Source: the human T2T-CHM13v2.0 reference genome, Homo sapiens. Taken from it: a DNA stretch of 64,000 nucleotides. Shown one piece after another: positions 59,351 to 64,000 of the stretch (positions are counted from its first letter, which is position 1; every line of letters begins with the position of its first letter). Under the pieces are notes generated by a model. That model was not told the DNA's origin. It did not search any database and worked only from the letters and a program-made list of their open reading frames with translations. Location: assembly GCF_009914755.1 (NCBI RefSeq), contig NC_060925.1, one strand, 5' to 3'. The translations under genes and the position numbers were made by a program.

Positions 59351-59700
59351 GGCTGGGTGCGGTAGCTCATGCCTGCACTCCTAGCACTTTGGGAGGCCAA
59401 GGCGGAAGGGTCACTTGGGCCCAGGAGTTCAAGACCAGCCTAGGCAACATTGCAAGGCCCCATCTCTACAAAAAAGAAAAAAAAATTAACTGGGTTTAGT
59501 GATGTGTGCCTATAGTCCCAGCTACTCCGGAGGCTGAGGTGGGAAGATTGCTTGAGCCCAGGAGGTCAAGGCTGCAGTGAGCTGTGATTGTAGCTTAGGC
59601 AACAAGGCAAGATACTATTTCTCAAAAAAAAAAAAAAGAAGAAGAAGAAAGGAAGGAAGGAAGGAAGGAAGGAAAGAAGGAAAGAAAAAAGGAAAAAAGG
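59351..59700 (+). mobile_element. AluJ with an A/(GAA)/(GGAA)n tail
   Basis: Sense Alu whose tail has expanded into a purine microsatellite. Confidence 0.88.
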
Positions 59701-59984
59701 AATGGGCACTCTTATTATAACTATAACATGCCGTTTACCTATATTAAGGTATAGAAATGATGCAATCCAATTACTGTTGACTCGAGGCTTAAGAAGGCAA
59801 TTAGAGTGGCTTGCATTTTGTAATACAGCACTTTGTCTCTAGGGATCAAGATTGCACAGGGAATTTAAAAAGGAACCAGGAACCCAAATTATTTCAGAAG
59901 TGTGGCTCAGTTTTTGTTTTTGTGGTTTTTAGAATCTGAAAAGGAGAAAAACAAAATAAAGGAAGATAGAAGAGATTTCCTTAG

Positions 59985-60172
59985 AATAGTGGTTCTCAAA
60001 ATGTAGTCCCCTACCAGTAGTACTGGCATTACCTGGGAACTTGTGAGAATGCAGATTTTTAGGCCCCACCCCACACTTACTGAATTAGAAACTCCAGGGA
60101 TTGGGCCCTGGAAATATTTTTTACAAGGCTCCGTGTAATTCCGATGCTTGCTCAAGTTGGAGAACCACTGCC
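59985..60172. mobile_element. MER5A hAT MITE
   Basis: TIRs AGTGGTTCTCAAA...TTGGAGAACCACTG. Confidence 0.82.
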
Positions 60173-61824
60173 TTAGGAGAAAGGTTGAGATGTTAGAGGA
60201 CTGATCAGACACATAAAATGGAAAATGAGATCTTGATGACCAGGCATCTATAATCCTCTAGCTAGAATTGAAATTGGGGAGAATAAATTTTGGGTCATAA
60301 TCCCCTTGGATTTCAGTTTGCAAGGTAATATACCCCTGTTTTCTTTAATCTCATATGCTTTCATGTTGGTTTTTAAAAAATCTTATCTGAAGGATCAATG
60401 GAAGGTTTTTCACAAAACTAGGTCACAAATGCTACCTGTCAGACAATTGTAAGATGACATCGATTTTAAGATGCATCCAGATTGCAGAGACGTTAAAATG
60501 AGGAAAAGATATGCATTTTAGAATAAATGATTAGAGCAATTCTCAGACTTTACTTCCTGAGAATTTGGTAATGGGAGAAAGTTTATATTCAAATGCAGGG
60601 CACATTGTTGAAACTGGTTTTTGGAGCATCCTTCTGATTCATTTGAACTCATCACAGAACCTCTGATAGGCTGTACCAGACAATGAGGCTGAAATGAAAC
60701 TGGCTGAATTAGAAATTGGAAATAGAATGTGGGATTAATTTTCAGCTTTGGTTTGGTGGCAGTATTATCAGGATTAGGTTCAGCTGTGAATGATAAAAAT
60801 AAAACATGATGGTGGCTTAAACAAGATGGAAGTTTATTTCTCTCTCACAGATATCTGGAAGTAGACAGTCTTGAGTGTAAAAGTGAGTCCACAATCATCA
60901 AGGACAGGTGTCCTCTAACTTGCTGCTGTGCCATTCTGAGTATAGTACCTCATGGTTCAATATAGTTGCTGGAGTGCCAGCCTTTGTGTCCACATTCCAC
61001 CTTGTAAGAGGGTATATTGGGAGAGACTAGGACCAAGAGCCAAGCCTGGGGGATCTGAGGTCAAGTAGAGGAGGAGGTCTGCAGTGGAGACAGAGAAGGA
61101 ATGGCCAGGGAGGTGGGAGAAAAGACAGGAGAGTGTGGGTCAAATGGGAGGAGGGAGTTTGAGGACAGAGGGTGAGGGCTTCTCTTTCTGGTTGGCACCA
61201 CCATGTTCTTTTCTTGTTATACAATTTGTTCCTTAGAAACATTCTGTTGAAAGATTCATCCTATAGAAACAGGTAACATTTCTCATGATCCTATCATTTC
61301 CGATTAAAAAAATATTGTTCTTTTCCTTTCCATCATAATTGTATACCTCTTTCTCTTGTAGCCATTGCACATACTGGGCACAGTAAACAATATTGGTGAA
61401 ATGCCTTAAAATTCATCATAATCACAGCAAACACCATTCTCTCAAAACTACTCTGTCCCAGATAGTCTCCATGTGGCCTCCCAACTCTGCTCCCCACCCT
61501 GCTCCACCTGCCTTGTGTGCATCCCAGGAGGCTGATCTGCATCACTGCATCTACAGGTCCCCTTGCCCTTTGGCTCCTGGTTGGGTTTGGCAACAGGAAG
61601 GACCATCAGGGGAATCAGATGGAGGGAGGAGCATGAGACTGGCACATTTATTTCCCTGGACCCCTCCCACAGAGGGGTCTTGCTGTGGGCTGTTTGTGTC
61701 CATCCACTCAAATTCACAGTTTCTGTGTCTGTCCTCACCACTCTCTCTGCATTCCAGTAGCCATTTCCTTCCCTTGACTTTTCAGGCTTGGCAATGGTAA
61801 CATCTACCACACTGTTAGAAATTC

Positions 61825-62281
61825 TGTTACTGAAACACCAGGGGTTTGATGTAGGTCCTGCTGCTCGCCAAACAGAAAGCCAATCACTGAGATGACAAGT
61901 ATTGCCAAGGAAGAAGGATTTAATCGGGTGCTGCAGCCAAGGAGATGAAAACTCAGTCTCAAATCCACCTCCTTGACCATCTATAACCAGGGGTTTATGT
62001 AGCAGGGAAGAAATGTAACAATGTGTAAGAAAACAGGAACTAGGGAGGGGCAAGGAAGTAGTCATAAGGAATGAGGGGTCCAGAGTCTCCTTGTTTGAAT
62101 GTGGTGATCTGGTTTCAGCTCTCTGATACTTTTTTGCTTAGAGACCTAAAGGTTCTTTCCTGAGGAAGGAACTCAGAAAAAACAAATATACATTTCCATC
62201 TTTAAGATCAGAAAGGTCATGTTTATCTTTTGGATATGTTTATTTGAAAGATCTGTCTATGGGGCTGTTGGGTCAGTTTCA
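61825..62281 (-). mobile_element. ERV solo LTR (LTR47/LTR26-like, subfamily uncertain)
   Basis: The - strand reads TGAAACTGACCCAAC...GTGTTTCAGTAACA. 4-bp TSD ATTC at 61821-61824 and 62282-62285. Confidence 0.75.
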
Positions 62282-62399
62282 ATTCCTTGGGATTTTCCCT
62301 ATGCCTGCCCACACCTTTGCCAAAAGTCCCTTTATCAAAGTCTCCCTGAGTTACCCAATTTGAAGGGGCCACCTTTTTTTGATCTAGACCTTCACTGAG

Positions 62400-63425
62400 A
62401 CACACACTCCTATCCTTCAATCTCCTTCCAGAACTTTGCTATGATGGCTCTTCTGAAGATCACCAATGACCACCACATTGTCAGTCCAGTGCCTGCCTCT
62501 CAAGTCTCATCTTACTGAACCTATCAGCAGTATTGAACACGCTGCTCCTTCCTCCTCCTTGACCCATTGCCATGACTTGTCTCCACTTCCAGGACCTTTC
62601 AATCTCCTGCCTTCCTCCCTCTCTTCCTGGCTTCTTCTCTTCCTTCCCAGCCTCTGCCCAGGGTGGTGTCCCAGGGCTGTCCTTGGACCTTTTATCTTCT
62701 TCTACTCTTTTAGTGATGTTTTCTACTCTCATGGTTATACAAACCATCTATTGGCTGATGACTCCTAAGTTAATCCCTGCAGCTCAGCTAACTCAAGATG
62801 CACTTATTCAACTGTCTACCTGACATCCTCATTTGGACGTCTAATAATAAGCATCTCAAACCCAACACAACCAAAAATGAACTCCTGATCTGCCCCCACA
62901 GGACTGCTTCACTCCACCTTTCCCATCTCAGTTGATGGCAATTTCTGCTTCCACTTGCTCAGGCTAAAAACCTTGGAGTCATCCTTGATTGCTCTCTCTC
63001 TCACACACTCTGTATTCAGTGTCAGCAGGTCCTGTTGGCTTTCCCATCACATTATATCCAGAGACTGACCACCTCTCCCTGCCTCCACAGCTGCCACTTT
63101 GTGAGAGCCTCCACCATCCCTCGCTGGTATCACTGCTATAAGCTCCTCCTCCCTCGCTTCTGCCTTGGCTTCCTAGCATCTCTTCTCAATGCATCAGCCA
63201 GCATGATCACAGTTAGTGTGTCACATCTTTGTCACTTTGCTCAAAGTGTTGCAGAGGGTCCCATTCTCTCAGAGACAAAAGTCTTCTAGTGATCAATAAG
63301 GCCCCACATTGTCAGACACCCTGTTTTCTTTCCCTGCTGCATCCTGTTGCTCACCCTGCGGCAGGACTGTAGTTCCCTGGCCGGTCCTTGAACATGCCAG
63401 GCACGCCCCAGCCTTCCTCAGCACC
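62400..63425. mobile_element. L2 fragment
   Basis: GATCACCAATGACCACCACATTG...GCATCTCAAACCCAAC...CCCATCTCAGTTGATGGCA...CAGGCTAAAAACCTTGGAGTCATCCTTGA. Confidence 0.7.
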
Positions 63426-63427
63426 GG

Positions 63428-63800
63428 TTGTGAGGCGGAGGGACCCAACTTCAGACCAGACTGAAGACTGGCCAAAACTGGAAAGAGGCATGGAAAACAC
63501 CTCTCTGTAAGACACGCCCACCAGCACCAAGACAATTTGGCAACACCTGGAAGTTACCGCCCTTTTTCTAGCTAATTCTGAATAACTGCCCCTTAATTAG
63601 CATGTCATTCAAAGTGGGTATAAATACGACTGCAAAACTGTCCCTGGGCTGCTCCTCTCCACACTCTTCCTGTGGGGTAACCCTGCTGTGGAGCAATCGC
63701 AGAGCTGTAACGCTGCTGCCTCAATAAAGTTGTTTTCTTCCACCACCAGCTCGCTCTTTAATTCCTTCCTGAGCAAAGCCAAGAACCTGCCCTGCATCCA
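63428..63800 (+). mobile_element. ERV1 solo LTR (MER66/MER41-group-like)
   Basis: GGCAACACCTGGAAGTTACC, TATAAA at 63619, AATAAA at 63723, ending GCCAAGAACCTGCCCTGCATC. Confidence 0.65.
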
Positions 63801-64000
63801 TTGTTCCCTCTTCTTGGCTGGCTCTTCACCCAGATATCTGTGTGGTTGACACCCTCATGTCCTTCAATGTTAGTTCAAACGCCACTTTCTCAATGAGGCC
63901 CTCCCTAACCCTAACCCTATTTACAATTAAAACCCCTCCTCCAACTCCCTTTCCTCTTAACCTGTGGTACTTTCCCCATAGCATTTATCACCTTCTAAAG

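Noticed and set aside
61448-62065. 205-aa minus-strand ORF, the longest in the track
   Set aside because: It runs out of a solo LTR into other LTR-like sequence and has no recognisable protein homology.

Overview
This is primate (almost certainly human) genomic DNA. I recognise it from the protein sequences as the chr1p36.13 OTUD3-PLA2G2E interval. It contains OTUD3 coding exons 3-8 with a ~5.2 kb 3'UTR on the + strand (1753-~20327) and the complete 4-exon PLA2G2E gene on the - strand (CDS 27689-30941). A ~5.8 kb HERV-K(C4)/HML-10 provirus on the - strand (34269-40096) sits inside an MSTA LTR, which itself sits inside a (CAT)n-type low-complexity tract. The right third is gene-free and filled with Alu, L1, L2, MIR, MER, MLT and LTR elements. 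I found no new gene system. The two most interesting signals are in the provirus. First, its 3' (U5) end lacks 19 nt and is joined to host DNA through a 29-bp tandem duplication plus a 162-bp templated copy of DNA 1,289 bp away, whose divergence matches the LTR-LTR divergence; this looks like a fossil one-ended, host-repaired integration. Second, at least 12 conserved Trp codons in integrase and env are TAG/TGA while gag Trp codons are intact, an APOBEC3G-like pattern. Repeat subfamily names come from memory of consensus sequences and repeat boundaries are approximate. Exon boundaries were checked by hand for GT-AG ends and frame.
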